Assembly (NCBI GenBank): GCA_048938295.1
Contig: JBHLMI010000002.1
Coordinates: 107,541 to 139,540 of the forward strand
Direction: 5' to 3'
Length of the DNA stretch: 32,000 nucleotides
From: Promethearchaeota archaeon
Lineage (GTDB): Archaea > Asgardarchaeota > Hermodarchaeia > Hermodarchaeales > Hermodarchaeaceae
The notes beneath the pieces were generated by a model that was given only the letters and a program-made list of their open reading frames with translations, was not told the DNA's origin and did no database searches. Made by a program: the position numbers and the translations under genes. Position 1 is the stretch's first letter; each line of letters begins with the position of its first letter. This document shows positions 1-9,727 of this stretch, one piece after another.

Positions 1-255
1 TTGAAGAATTCCATCCCGTCCTTCGATTTCAATTGCACAGAGACCACAGCCCTCATACACTACATTCTCTCCAATGTTTTTAATTTCTTGACTCCCACGA
101 AAGACATTACCAGTGGTTTTGGTTCCCACTCCAGATGGCAAATCGGGATGGTAACACAAGCGAGGAATGTACACATCCACAGACTCAGCTGCAATTAGTA
201 AGTTCGAGCCCGCATCTACTTCAGCTTCTATACCATTTATTGTCAATTTTACCAT
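1..255 (-). CDS. bzdV: BzdV-like Fe-S/flavin NAD(P)H:ferredoxin oxidoreductase, N-terminal 2Fe-2S-type domain (runs off window; absent from ORF track)
   Basis: Manual translation from ATG at 255: MVKLTINGIEAEVDAGSNLLIAAESVDVYIPRLCYHPDLPSG...YEGCGLCAIEIEG, open to base 1. This is the NuoG/HoxU-like LCYHP...GCxLC motif with an insertion, lying directly downstream of bzdM as in Azoarcus bzd operons. Confidence 0.7.
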   Translation of the reverse strand, partial: MVKLTINGIEAEVDAGSNLLIAAESVDVYIPRLCYHPDLPSGVGTKTTGNVFRGSQEIKNIGENVVYEGCGLCAIEIEGRDGILQ

Positions 256-320
256 TGGCGTCCACCTTCTCAGAGGATCTTCAGAGCATAAAGTTGGAAT
301 AGGTGCCGATTGTATTGTGA

Positions 321-632
321 TTAGAGCATTTGTCCTTTTGCAGTACTAAGGAAATGAGTAATAGCATGTGTAGGGCACACTGATACGCAAGGGGGCTCAT
401 CGTCCCCACTTGTTGTCTTACATGGAGCACAACTGTACTTGAGTTTGTGTCGATGTTCCTCTCGGACACCCAAGATGTCACCATCATCAATATCGAAATC
501 ATTTGGAACAACTTCTAACACTGATGCAGGACAGACTTCAACACATTTTCCACACCCATCACATTTGTCTGTATCCAAAGTGATGAAATATTCCCCCGAT
601 CCATCCTTGTACCCGTAATTTGCAATCAACAT
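321..632 (-). CDS. bzdM: Benzoyl-CoA reductase-associated 2x[4Fe-4S] ferredoxin
   Basis: MLIANYGYKDGSGEYFITLDTDKCDGCGKCVEVCP...KLKYSCAPCK...PCVSVCP. ATG at 632 is preceded by AGGTGA; the gene follows bzdQ. Confidence 0.88.
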   Translation of the reverse strand: MLIANYGYKDGSGEYFITLDTDKCDGCGKCVEVCPASVLEVVPNDFDIDDGDILGVREEHRHKLKYSCAPCKTTSGDDEPPCVSVCPTHAITHFLSTAKGQML

Positions 633-647
633 TATCACCTGGATAAA

Positions 648-1547
648 TTAACCTTGAGAGCGTTCGTAGAGCACCTTAGCAAACAGCGCGGCTCCTGCAG
701 CCCCTGCCAGCATCGGATCAAATCGTGGGTCATCACGCCATTGGTCTGGTTTGAGGGCTTGAATTCCCAACTCCTTTTCAACACGTTTGACTATTCCAAT
801 GTTTTTAGCAATCCCACCTGTGATAACAAATTCTTTCTCGACGCCCACTCGATTTAACAAGTCAACGACACGATGGGCCATAGCCTGGCAATACGCGGCC
901 AAAACCTCTTCTTTTGACCAACCACTGCGAAGAAGGCCCACAGCTTCAGACTTAGCAAAAACTACACAGGTACTACTCACGGATTGGGGTTCCTCTTTTA
1001 CTGCGAAGGATCGGTCTCCGACTTCTTGGATTGGAACAGAAAGCAAATCGGCAAACACTTCCATGCCTCGACCAGTTCCCGCTGCACACTTATCATTCAT
1101 TAGGAAATTCTGGACCTTTCCTTTTTCATCAACGCGAATGGCTTTGCAATCCTGACCACCCATATCAAGAACCGTTCGAACAGAAGGCCCCCACATAAAA
1201 TTAGCCCCACGACCGTGACAGGCAATTTCAGTAATTGCCTTTTGTGCGAAGGGGATATTTACTCGCCCATACCCAGTTCCTACAACATAATTCATATCTT
1301 TGAGTGTCAGTCCTGTGTCCTCCAGAGCCCAGTTCATTGTCCGCTCAGCACTATCCGGACTGCTTGAGCCTGTTCGCATGACACTCTGTGCAAATACTTC
1401 TCCGTCAATCATGATTACAGTCTTTGAGCTGACTGAACCAATATCGACCCCTGCACTGATAACTTTTCCATTCTTGGGATCAATGCCTTCGACTGTGTGT
1501 CGGTATTCTGGCCATCTCCAGAATTCTTCTTTAGTCATTTTCATCAC
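648..1547 (-). CDS. bzdQ: Benzoyl-CoA reductase class I (bzd-type), ATP-binding activase subunit Q (BcrA-like)
   Basis: ASKHA motifs GVDIGSVSSK, GTGYGR, LDMGGQDCK, MNDKCAAGTGR, SSTCVVFAKSE; N-terminal EFWRWPE extension; 299 aa. Confidence 0.92.
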   Translation of the reverse strand: MMKMTKEEFWRWPEYRHTVEGIDPKNGKVISAGVDIGSVSSKTVIMIDGEVFAQSVMRTGSSSPDSAERTMNWALEDTGLTLKDMNYVVGTGYGRVNIPFAQKAITEIACHGRGANFMWGPSVRTVLDMGGQDCKAIRVDEKGKVQNFLMNDKCAAGTGRGMEVFADLLSVPIQEVGDRSFAVKEEPQSVSSTCVVFAKSEAVGLLRSGWSKEEVLAAYCQAMAHRVVDLLNRVGVEKEFVITGGIAKNIGIVKRVEKELGIQALKPDQWRDDPRFDPMLAGAAGAALFAKVLYERSQG

Positions 1548-2320
1548 TCCTTTGTTCTTTCCTGGGCTACCAGAGCAGCCCCATAAGCACTCACGTATTC
1601 AGGAAACTCAGGCACATGAACTTCTACTCCTAATCCCCGCTTCATTGAGTCCACAAAGCCCACATCATAAGCGAGTCCCCCAACCAAAAGGACGTCCTCA
1701 GTTATTCCCAACCTTCGAACCATTGAAATCACTCGTTCTGCAATCGCATCATGTATCGCACGAGCAATGTTTGCTTTTGGGGTCTGATTATGAATAAGTG
1801 AGACGACTTCAGATTCCGCAAAGACCGTACATTGTGCATTCATCGGAACGGCTTCTGTGGCTTTCAATGACATTTGACCTATCTCACTTAATTCAACTTC
1901 CAGTGCTCGGGACATGGCTTCAACAAATGCCCCTGCTCCCGCTGCACACCTTTCATTCACCACAAAGTCTTCCATACCCCCGGATTCATTACATTTGACA
2001 GCCCGTGCTTCCTCAGCCCCGACATCAATAATGGTCCGAGCTGACAATAACAACTTGACCCCTGCTTTGGCATTTGCCCCGACTTCGCTAATACTATCTG
2101 CTGCAAATTCTACTGACCCTTGGCCAATTCCGGTCTCTGTGATGTGGGCAATGTCTTCGAGCTTCAACCCTGCAGCCTTTAAAGCCATCTCTGAGGCTTC
2201 TTTAGCAGCAATATTGAGATCAAAGCCTGTTGATGCTTTTCCCTTTCCAACTATCTTTCCATCATCGAGGATGACGACTTTTACGTTCTTTGCCCCAAAG
2301 TCAATTCCGGCAGTAATCAT
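1544..2320 (-). CDS. bzdP: Benzoyl-CoA reductase class I, ATP-binding activase subunit P (BcrD-like)
   Basis: GIDFGAKNVK, IIDVGAEEARA, NERCAAGAGAF, NAQCTVFAESE; 4-nt overlap with bzdQ. Confidence 0.92.
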   Translation of the reverse strand: MITAGIDFGAKNVKVVILDDGKIVGKGKASTGFDLNIAAKEASEMALKAAGLKLEDIAHITETGIGQGSVEFAADSISEVGANAKAGVKLLLSARTIIDVGAEEARAVKCNESGGMEDFVVNERCAAGAGAFVEAMSRALEVELSEIGQMSLKATEAVPMNAQCTVFAESEVVSLIHNQTPKANIARAIHDAIAERVISMVRRLGITEDVLLVGGLAYDVGFVDSMKRGLGVEVHVPEFPEYVSAYGAALVAQERTKE

Positions 2321-2333
2321 TTTTGACTTCCTC

Positions 2334-3632
2334 TTATTTGACTCCTAATAATTCCAAGAAAGAATCCACGGCTTTCTTCGTGCGTTCCAAATCGAATTCT
2401 CTTTCATCACCCATATTTCCTTCAAAAGGAAGTACTGGGATGCCCGCTTCCTTGAAAGCGAGACGGTTCTCTGCGATGTTCAACGATAAACCTTCACATC
2501 CGCGATTATAATGCAACATAACGCCATCAACGTTCCATTCTCGAACAATGCGGAGCATCATGTCACTTTTCTTTTGAGCGGAATAGAAGTGCTGCCATTC
2601 AGGTCGAGAATGGGTCCAATCAGCTAAAATCTCGAGTGCCTGTTTTCGGGTAGTAATATCAATTCCTTGCTCTTGTGGTGTCGTTCTGGGACCCCAAGTG
2701 CCATCTTCTTTCACTTCCCATGCTCCAATCAAACTAAAAGTGTAAAGCGATCCAACGGACACTACACCATATGATTCGAGATATCGGAAAATTTTAAGAA
2801 AAGCCCATGGAGGTTGGGTGTCTGTAATAACCCGGCGTTGTTCATTACCCACTGCGGCGATTTTGTTATTGACGCGATCTTGGACTTCGTCCCGAAGTTT
2901 TCGATAGAAGGCTACAATCTCAGGTCGATGTTTCATGATAGTTCCAAATACATAGAGTGAATACATCGTCTTTTCATCGAGTGGTGCCGGGATTGTTTTA
3001 TTCAGAGCACAAATCTCTGCCCACAGGGAAGTGGCTTCACATTCGTTGTAAACCGCTTGGATTAGTTTTTGATCATCATAATCCCGGCCAGTGGTTTTTT
3101 CGAGCCAATCTATGCCATCTAGCAATTGATTCACAACGTATTCTCGACGGCGCTCATTGAAATCCTCAGTAAGTCCTGTGCTCACATCAATACAAAAGAA
3201 AGGCACGCCGCCTTCTAGGTCGCTAGCGATTTGATACCATTTTGCGTGACTACAGCAAATGTGAGTGGTCCACATGAAATCTGGTTTGGGAAATTTGCCA
3301 CCAAATACGTATTCGTCTAACACGACTGAACCAAGATAGTTTCGTAAATATGCACACAGATCTCGAGCAAATCCTTTTGCTTCAATAGCTTCATGGCATC
3401 GTGCTGCAAATTCTTTGTTGAATGCAACTGAAGCCCCATATGGTTCTCCAGTGAGACTCCACACATCGTCACCTAGACCAGCAGGAACCGCACTATAAGC
3501 CCAGGCTCCACCTGCCCATCGGATTCCACCTTTCTCATGAGCTTTTGCATAATTATCATAGTATTGTTGTCGTAACGCTTTCCCTTCATTCCAGATATCC
3601 AAAGGTTTAGTCTTGTATTTCATCTCAGTCAT
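2334..3632 (-). CDS. bzdO: Benzoyl-CoA reductase class I, subunit O (BcrB/HgdA-like)
   Basis: 2-hydroxyacyl-CoA dehydratase-family motifs [46 protein letters not shown]; 432 aa. Confidence 0.92.
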   Translation of the reverse strand: MTEMKYKTKPLDIWNEGKALRQQYYDNYAKAHEKGGIRWAGGAWAYSAVPAGLGDDVWSLTGEPYGASVAFNKEFAARCHEAIEAKGFARDLCAYLRNYLGSVVLDEYVFGGKFPKPDFMWTTHICCSHAKWYQIASDLEGGVPFFCIDVSTGLTEDFNERRREYVVNQLLDGIDWLEKTTGRDYDDQKLIQAVYNECEATSLWAEICALNKTIPAPLDEKTMYSLYVFGTIMKHRPEIVAFYRKLRDEVQDRVNNKIAAVGNEQRRVITDTQPPWAFLKIFRYLESYGVVSVGSLYTFSLIGAWEVKEDGTWGPRTTPQEQGIDITTRKQALEILADWTHSRPEWQHFYSAQKKSDMMLRIVREWNVDGVMLHYNRGCEGLSLNIAENRLAFKEAGIPVLPFEGNMGDEREFDLERTKKAVDSFLELLGVK

Positions 3633-3641
3633 TTACTTCAC

Positions 3642-4766
3642 CTAAAACAGGTCGGGTAGTGCGAACGTTTCCAGAAACGCTTCAACACGAGTCTTAAACT
3701 GTCCAATTGGTACCGTTACATCAAATTCTAAGAAATAAGTTGGAATACCATTCTCTTCGAGCATTGAACGCAAAGCCGGCATATCTAATTCATGGGGATC
3801 ACAGAACTTCTGTTGAATAACAAGGGCGCCTTCAACGTTGTAGTCTTTAGCCAGTTGCAAAATGTGTGGGAATCGTTTTCGAATAGGCCAGTCTTTACTA
3901 GGACAAGGAGGTCGATCAATGTACCTGGCAGAGATAGCAGCCAACCGGTCTTCTTGAGGTTCAACCGCGTTCCAGAAATATCGAGTGCCCGTACAATGTT
4001 CATCAACCACGAGTGTAGAATCTAATGACTCAACCATTTCCACAAATTCTGTGTCGTCATCTTCACTTCCGATAATCATAAGACGAGTTCCAGTATTTCT
4101 GTCAAGTTTCCGAGTCGGTAATTCTTTTAGCACTTCTTCCAAAGCTTGATTGTGTTCTTCCTTATCGACCATTTGACTAGAAACAACCATGTACATTGCT
4201 TCGAGCCCAGTCAGAGGGGGATTTTCCTGTTTCCGAAACTCATAGACTTGTTTCATTAGTTGGCGATTCTTGTTCAAAACCTCGATACCTCGATCTATGT
4301 CATTATCCGAGATCGAGCGTCCAATCCATTTCTCCAAGGCTTTTTTGAAAACCTCCAGTTCTCCCCGTAAATATGGGTAAGCGTGTGGCGTTTGGACCCC
4401 ATGGGGCATGTACATGTAATAACTGAAGTCTAGGGGAATGTGCTTGACCCAGCTATTGAACGCTTGGCGGATATGCAGACACGATTGAGCAATCATGATA
4501 CCATTGACGTAATCGAATCGACCTTTCAAACCTTGAGCCAAGCAGTCACGGCAAAAGGGACAAAACATCCCAAAGATATGAGGTTCGGTTACATCCTGTG
4601 CCTCGTGACTGCCCAAGATGCGAACGGGAAGGATATCAGCAGCAAGAAGAAGTTCTTCGGGGACATAAGTACAGAAATAGCCGAGAACTTTTCCACCTGT
4701 TCGTTTTTTCCAAGCTTGTGCGTAGTCGTGTCGGTTAGTGTACCATTCTTTGAATTTTTCAAACAT
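3642..4766 (-). CDS. bzdN: Benzoyl-CoA reductase class I, subunit N (BcrC/HgdB-like)
   Basis: GYFCTYVPEE, MFCPFCRDCLAQG, DEHCTGTRYFWN, QQKFCDPHE. ATG at 4766 is preferred over the GTG at 4790. Confidence 0.92.
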   Translation of the reverse strand: MFEKFKEWYTNRHDYAQAWKKRTGGKVLGYFCTYVPEELLLAADILPVRILGSHEAQDVTEPHIFGMFCPFCRDCLAQGLKGRFDYVNGIMIAQSCLHIRQAFNSWVKHIPLDFSYYMYMPHGVQTPHAYPYLRGELEVFKKALEKWIGRSISDNDIDRGIEVLNKNRQLMKQVYEFRKQENPPLTGLEAMYMVVSSQMVDKEEHNQALEEVLKELPTRKLDRNTGTRLMIIGSEDDDTEFVEMVESLDSTLVVDEHCTGTRYFWNAVEPQEDRLAAISARYIDRPPCPSKDWPIRKRFPHILQLAKDYNVEGALVIQQKFCDPHELDMPALRSMLEENGIPTYFLEFDVTVPIGQFKTRVEAFLETFALPDLF

Positions 4767-4869
4767 CGGGATCTTCCTACCCTGAAACACACTTGGAGAA
4801 GGACGTGTTGTTCACGGCGTACCTGTGTGATACTCCTTAAGAATTTTTGCAAAAACTTTTTATAATGAT

Positions 4870-4885
4870 TGTTAATTATTCAACA
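4870..4885. promoter_or_regulatory. Candidate operator TGTT-N8-AACA in the divergent bzdN/regulator intergenic region
   Basis: TGTTAATTATTCAACA; the same arm/spacer pattern occurs at 15361-15376 upstream of oah. Confidence 0.3.
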
Positions 4886-4937
4886 TTAATAAAAAGAATT
4901 AGCATGAAGATGAACAAAACATCAAGGAGCTAATCAC

Positions 4938-5273
4938 TTGACCAATTGGTATACTCAAAAGACTCGAGACTTGCTTTCTGCAATCACTCACCCCTCACGC
5001 GTGGCGATTCTGGAATTCTTGTCTGACCGTGATTTTGGAACGAATAAATCATTTAGACAACATCTCAAAACTTTACAACCTAAGGCTGGTGGTGATTCAC
5101 CGGCAGTTGTTACCCATCATGTTGCTTTACTTGAAAAATCTGGTTTAGTTAAGCATTCAGTGGATGATGCTAGGGTTATAATTGCTACAGCGATGGGGCG
5201 TAGAATGATTCGATTGCTAAGACAAATGATATCAAATTCGGACTTAGAGCAGTCGTGGGATCGGTCCCTTTAG
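4938..5273 (+). CDS. ArsR-like winged-helix transcriptional regulator, divergent from bzdNOPQ
   Basis: LLSAITHPSRVAILEFL and AVVTHHVALLEKSGLVK helix pattern; TTG start with AAGGAG RBS at 4924-4929. Confidence 0.75.
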   Translation: MTNWYTQKTRDLLSAITHPSRVAILEFLSDRDFGTNKSFRQHLKTLQPKAGGDSPAVVTHHVALLEKSGLVKHSVDDARVIIATAMGRRMIRLLRQMISNSDLEQSWDRSL

Positions 5274-5914
5274 AGATTGAATCCTTGTTCGCGGAGCACT
5301 TGAGTTAGGTTCTTTCCTTGGTCTCGGGCTCGTTGTAGGAAAAATCGAAGGTAGCGATCGAAGAAAGGATTACTACCTTTTGCTGCGAGGGGTATTCCGA
5401 GGATCATGTCACCTTTTATTAGTCCTAATCGTTGGGCTGCCATTCCCACCGACCACATCATTCGGTTATCGATGAAGTGTTGGGCGGCTACAGTTATTGC
5501 AGATGAGAGGGCAATCCCTAAATCCAGGATTTTAAAGGCACAAAGAGCCGTGGTTTTCTTTTGGCCAACCGCCTTTTCATAATCAGCACAGGTTTCGAAT
5601 CCACAGGCTTTACAATCAAGGGTAAGGGGCGGGCGTTGGGCATGGATACCTATAAGGAAAATGGCAGCACTTTCTTTTACAGCTTCAGCATCAGGTTCTA
5701 AAAACCAAAAGGTTTGACCAGTGAGGTCTTCTTGGCGCATCCTTTCGATTTCTTTGGCGGTTTGGTGAATTGTGGGTCCAGATACGATTTCAATTGTTAG
5801 ATCATCGAAGCCTTTAGATTTGGGAGCAGTGGTTGCAGCTGCTGCCATTAGATTTGCTACAGATTTAACTGCCTCGTTAGTGAGCGTCTCTCTTTTTGTT
5901 GGTATTTGATTCAC
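5270..5914 (-). CDS. DUF2148-family ferredoxin-domain protein
   Basis: AAATTAPKSKG, DCKACGFETC, CAFKILDLGIALSSA, IDNRMMWSVG, NPFFDR motifs. Confidence 0.75.
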   Translation of the reverse strand: MNQIPTKRETLTNEAVKSVANLMAAAATTAPKSKGFDDLTIEIVSGPTIHQTAKEIERMRQEDLTGQTFWFLEPDAEAVKESAAIFLIGIHAQRPPLTLDCKACGFETCADYEKAVGQKKTTALCAFKILDLGIALSSAITVAAQHFIDNRMMWSVGMAAQRLGLIKGDMILGIPLAAKGSNPFFDRYLRFFLQRARDQGKNLTQVLREQGFNL

Positions 5915-5957
5915 TCTTCTGAAGATTATTTTAAATGGTCGATAGTCTTGTGCGTGT

Positions 5958-7247
5958 TCAGTTCTTTGGTGCTTTCCCAGTAATGGCTTTTACAATAGCC
6001 CAGAACTCCTCTTCTTTCAAACCAAGGCGGGTTTCTCGGAGGAGCTCAGCGGCTTTATGTAATTGGCGAAGCATTTCAACCTTATCTCTGAGTTTATGCG
6101 TCTCTTTCACCTGCGATACAATTTGCTGAATTTCTTCATCAGTGGCTTCGATGTTTTCTTGCTCCAGCTTAGTTTTTACAATATGACTCCCAGTATGTTT
6201 TCCCATGTAGAATTCAGTTTTCCGTCCAACCGTTTCAGCGGGAATTGGTTCATAGGTTAGCTGGTGAGAGAGGATGCCATGAACGTGGATACCTGCTTCG
6301 TGTGAAAAGGCGTTTTCACCAGTAATGGCTTTATGGACCGGAAGGAGGATGGCAAACGCTTCACTCACCAAATCAGCCAGTTCTTGGATTCTTTCGGTTT
6401 TGATGCCCGTTCGAACGTCATAAAGGAATTCGAGTGCCATGACTACTTCTTCGAATGGAGCGTTCCCAGCACGTTCACCAAAACCAGCGACACATACATG
6501 CGGAACAGTAACGCCTTCCTCTACTGCCGCCAAAGTGTTAGCAGTGGCTAGACCAAAGTCATTATGGTTATGAATGGAAAGCTGAACTTTACCTTTGACT
6601 TCTTGGTTAAGGCGGTCACGGACGTGAGAAACCATATATCGCATCGATTCTGGTCTTAAGAAACCTACAGTATCGGTGATTACACACCGATCTGCACCAG
6701 CTTCCAATGCAGTTTTGAAGATCTTCACCGTGTTATCAATGCTCGTGCGTGAAGTATCTTCGGAAACAAAATCAACAATAACTCCGTATTTCTTTGCATA
6801 TTCAACGCAATCGGTTACAATGCTTAGTGCTTCTTCCTGGGTTTTCTTTAGCTTGTATTTCAGGTGAAGATTACTGAATGCAATAAATATAGGTACTTCT
6901 TCGGCTCCTGCCTGGATGGCAACATCAATGTCAGATCTAATTGCACGAGCTGGCGCACATAATTTGGCTTGTTTGAAACCTTCGGCGGCTATTCGACGAA
7001 CAACCTCTTCTTCATCTTTAGAAACAGCAGGAAAACCCACGTTAATTATTGCAAATCCCATCTCATCCATGAGTTTTGCTATTTCGATCTTTTCATCAAT
7101 TAAAAGACTAGTGCCTGGTGTCTGTTCACCATCACGAAGGGTTTCATCCCAAATAAGAACTTCTTTGGGTAGATATTTTGGCTTTGTTGCAGGAACTTTG
7201 TTAAAGTTAACGATTAAGCCATCTGCCTCTAATTCGTCTAACAACAT
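5958..7247 (-). CDS. Homocitrate/isopropylmalate synthase family acyltransferase (AksA-like, no LeuA regulatory domain)
   Basis: DETLRDGEQTPG, HNHNDFGLA, GFGERAGNA, SHEAGIHVHG, YEP...GKHTG; 429 aa, too short for the C-terminal allosteric domain. Confidence 0.8.
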   Translation of the reverse strand: MLLDELEADGLIVNFNKVPATKPKYLPKEVLIWDETLRDGEQTPGTSLLIDEKIEIAKLMDEMGFAIINVGFPAVSKDEEEVVRRIAAEGFKQAKLCAPARAIRSDIDVAIQAGAEEVPIFIAFSNLHLKYKLKKTQEEALSIVTDCVEYAKKYGVIVDFVSEDTSRTSIDNTVKIFKTALEAGADRCVITDTVGFLRPESMRYMVSHVRDRLNQEVKGKVQLSIHNHNDFGLATANTLAAVEEGVTVPHVCVAGFGERAGNAPFEEVVMALEFLYDVRTGIKTERIQELADLVSEAFAILLPVHKAITGENAFSHEAGIHVHGILSHQLTYEPIPAETVGRKTEFYMGKHTGSHIVKTKLEQENIEATDEEIQQIVSQVKETHKLRDKVEMLRQLHKAAELLRETRLGLKEEEFWAIVKAITGKAPKN

Positions 7248-7352
7248 TTGCTTCTGCCATCCTGTTCAATCAATATGGATAGTATAGACTTAAGTTTCTT
7301 TCTTGTCTATAATGTAAAAACATTTGAACTCACATCAGGCAGGAGAAAATCC

Positions 7353-8129
7353 ATGGGTTCTGGATATACTAATGTAAGAGTTGACGTCTCAGATGGTGTA
7401 GGGCAGATTTTAGTGAATCGCCCACCCTTGAATATCCTTGATCAACAAACACTGACAGAACTTTATATGGCATTATTGGATATGAAGACAAATTCGGGAG
7501 TGAATATCGTTCTTCTTAGAACGGCAGGTGAGCGATTCTTTTCCGTTGGGGTGGATGTCGAACAGCATCTTCCTGAACATGCCCCAAAAACTTTAGAGGC
7601 ATTCAATAAAGTCTTTGAAGCCCTCATTGATGTTGATAAACCTGTCATTGCTGTTGTTCAAGGGTCAGCCTTAGGCGGCGGGTGTGAGCTGGCCTTTGCT
7701 TGTGATATTGTGATTGCCGTGGATTCAGCTAAGTTTGGTCAGCCAGAAATTCAAGTAGGTGCTGTGCCTACGGTTGCTGCCGCAGCCATGCATCATTTTA
7801 TTGGTCAAAAACGAACCTTCGAATTGCTTTATACTGGAGATAGCATTTCTGCTGAAAAAGCTGTACAGATTGGACTCATTAACCATGCTGTACCAGCTGA
7901 TCAGTTGGAGAAGATAGTCGATGAATTTATTACTAAACTTAAGGAGCATAGTCCAATTATGCTTCGGTATGTTCGGCGAGCCCTGTACAAAAGTAGGCAT
8001 CTCGACTTTTTGCAGGCTGTAGAAAAATCGACTGAAATTTACCTCGACTCGTTGAAAAATACCGAGGATGCGTCTGAGGGACTCAAGGCATTCTTAGAGA
8101 AGCGCAAACCAGAATGGAAAGGGAAATAG
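7353..8129 (+). CDS. dch: Cyclohexa-1,5-diene-1-carbonyl-CoA hydratase (crotonase family)
   Basis: FSVGVDVEQHLPE, ALGGGCELA, FGQPEIQVG; ATG at 7353 with AGGAGA RBS; benzoyl-CoA context. Confidence 0.78.
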   Translation: MGSGYTNVRVDVSDGVGQILVNRPPLNILDQQTLTELYMALLDMKTNSGVNIVLLRTAGERFFSVGVDVEQHLPEHAPKTLEAFNKVFEALIDVDKPVIAVVQGSALGGGCELAFACDIVIAVDSAKFGQPEIQVGAVPTVAAAAMHHFIGQKRTFELLYTGDSISAEKAVQIGLINHAVPADQLEKIVDEFITKLKEHSPIMLRYVRRALYKSRHLDFLQAVEKSTEIYLDSLKNTEDASEGLKAFLEKRKPEWKGK

Positions 8130-8144
8130 AGGTACAAGTGAAGA

Positions 8145-9176
8145 TTAGGGAATAACGATATTCCGACCAAGAACCTTGCCTTCTTCGAGGAGCTTGAAGG
8201 CTTCATTAATTTCTTCAAGTGGACGTTTGCTATCGATTATCGGTTTGATTTGAATGACCCCTTGTTCTACCATCCTCAAGAGGGGAGGATAATCGACTGC
8301 ACGACAGCCCAGCGATCCCCGTATTTCGATTTCTCGGTACATGACTCGCGATGCTGAGACAGTCCAATCGGATTCGGCATAGCCTACAACAACCATCCGT
8401 CCGCCCCATTTTACTACGGCTAATGCTTGACTCATGACATCAGGAATGCCAATGGCCTCAAAGGAGATATCTACACCTCGCTTTTGGGTTAAGTCTCGAA
8501 TCTGTTTGACGGGGTTCTCATCCTTGGAGTTTATCATCACAGTAGCTCCGAGTTTTTCAGCGAGTTTCAACTTCTTGTCATCAATATCGACGGCATATAC
8601 AATGCCACCTGTGGCAGCAGCGATTTGCACCACATTGATACCCACCCCCCCACAACCAAAAACAGCGACCAAATCACCTGGGCGAACTTCGCCACGATTC
8701 TTTACAGCATGGTAGGGTGTAGATATTGCATCAGCAACGATACTTGTTTCTTCTAGAGGTAATGAGTCGGGAATTCGAAAGATCTCCTTCGCTGGGACAC
8801 GAATGTATTCAGCATATGCGCCATCAATGTTGTTTCCCACCATTTCTTGGCGTTGGCAGACGTTTCCACGCCCTAATCGACAATTATCACAAAATCCACA
8901 GCTAAGAACGGCAGGAATTAATACGCGATCTCCTTTAGCCCAATTATCCACAGCAGATCCAAGTTCGGCAATAGTTCCTGATGCTTCATGGCCAAGTACC
9001 ATGGGAGGTTTTTTGAAAGTGGGGGTACCATGCAAATAGTGAAGGTCAGTTCTGCATACTCCACAGGCTGCCACTTTAATCAACACATCACCCGGTCCGA
9101 GTTCAGGTGTAGGTATGTCTTCGATTTGAAGCGGTTTTCCGGCGCCATAGAATACTGCAGCTTTCACTGAGAACAC
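8145..9176 (-). CDS. had: 6-hydroxycyclohex-1-ene-1-carbonyl-CoA dehydrogenase (Zn-dependent MDR family)
   Basis: CGVCRTDLHY, LGHEASG, CGFCDNCRLGRGNVC, ADAISTPYHA, FGCGGVG, GSLGCRAVDYP. The start may be the GTG at 9167. Confidence 0.8.
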   Translation of the reverse strand: MFSVKAAVFYGAGKPLQIEDIPTPELGPGDVLIKVAACGVCRTDLHYLHGTPTFKKPPMVLGHEASGTIAELGSAVDNWAKGDRVLIPAVLSCGFCDNCRLGRGNVCQRQEMVGNNIDGAYAEYIRVPAKEIFRIPDSLPLEETSIVADAISTPYHAVKNRGEVRPGDLVAVFGCGGVGINVVQIAAATGGIVYAVDIDDKKLKLAEKLGATVMINSKDENPVKQIRDLTQKRGVDISFEAIGIPDVMSQALAVVKWGGRMVVVGYAESDWTVSASRVMYREIEIRGSLGCRAVDYPPLLRMVEQGVIQIKPIIDSKRPLEEINEAFKLLEEGKVLGRNIVIP

Positions 9177-9407
9177 CTGGGCAAGTATCTGACTTAGAAC
9201 CTTATATTCTTTAGCAAGATTACATTCAATAAAAAAGTGCTTTCTCTTAGCTCAAAAGAATTAATAGATTGATTACGTGTAGTATGAAAAAAAACATCGA
9301 AGTTCAGACAAAGAACTGAAACACCTGAGGGTGCCAAGGTTGGGATCCAAAGTTAAGATAATTAAAAGTGTATGTCGTAGTTGCTATGGTGGTTGGGGAG
9401 AGAACCA

Positions 9408-9704
9408 ATGGAAAGCGCAGATTTGGGTGTCAAAATCCGTTTGATAGGTGTGTTGAAGATTACAACAGGAATCGAAGATGTAAAGCTGGATTTAGAGGAT
9501 AATGACACAATTGATTCTATTCTCAATAGGCTAGTAGAAAGGTACCCTGCTCTTCGTCAAGAATTGTACACTGAGACTGGTGAGATTCATAAGTATCTCA
9601 ACATTTTTGTTGACAACAAACCTGTTCTTCAGCAAAATCTTAATGATATCCCGATTCAGAAGCCAACGACATTAACACTGGTTATGGCAGTTGGTGGTGG
9701 ATGA
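9408..9704 (+). CDS. moaD: MoaD/ThiS ubiquitin-like sulfur carrier
   Basis: Beta-grasp pattern (LNIFVDNK) with C-terminal AVGGG; lies immediately upstream of the AOR gene. Confidence 0.8.
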   Translation: MESADLGVKIRLIGVLKITTGIEDVKLDLEDNDTIDSILNRLVERYPALRQELYTETGEIHKYLNIFVDNKPVLQQNLNDIPIQKPTTLTLVMAVGGG

Positions 9705-9727
9705 CAAACCCTCTGGAATGATCTGAA

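Noticed and set aside
321-360. Possible frameshift at the bzdM C-terminus (AITHFLSTAKGQML instead of the usual short HSW end)
   Set aside because: All cluster-binding Cys residues are upstream and intact, so a short tail extension is sufficient explanation.
9408-9704. GG-ending protein as an Asgard ubiquitin
   Set aside because: It has a MoaD-like sequence, is adjacent to a tungstoenzyme, and no E1/E2/E3 or JAB genes are in the window.
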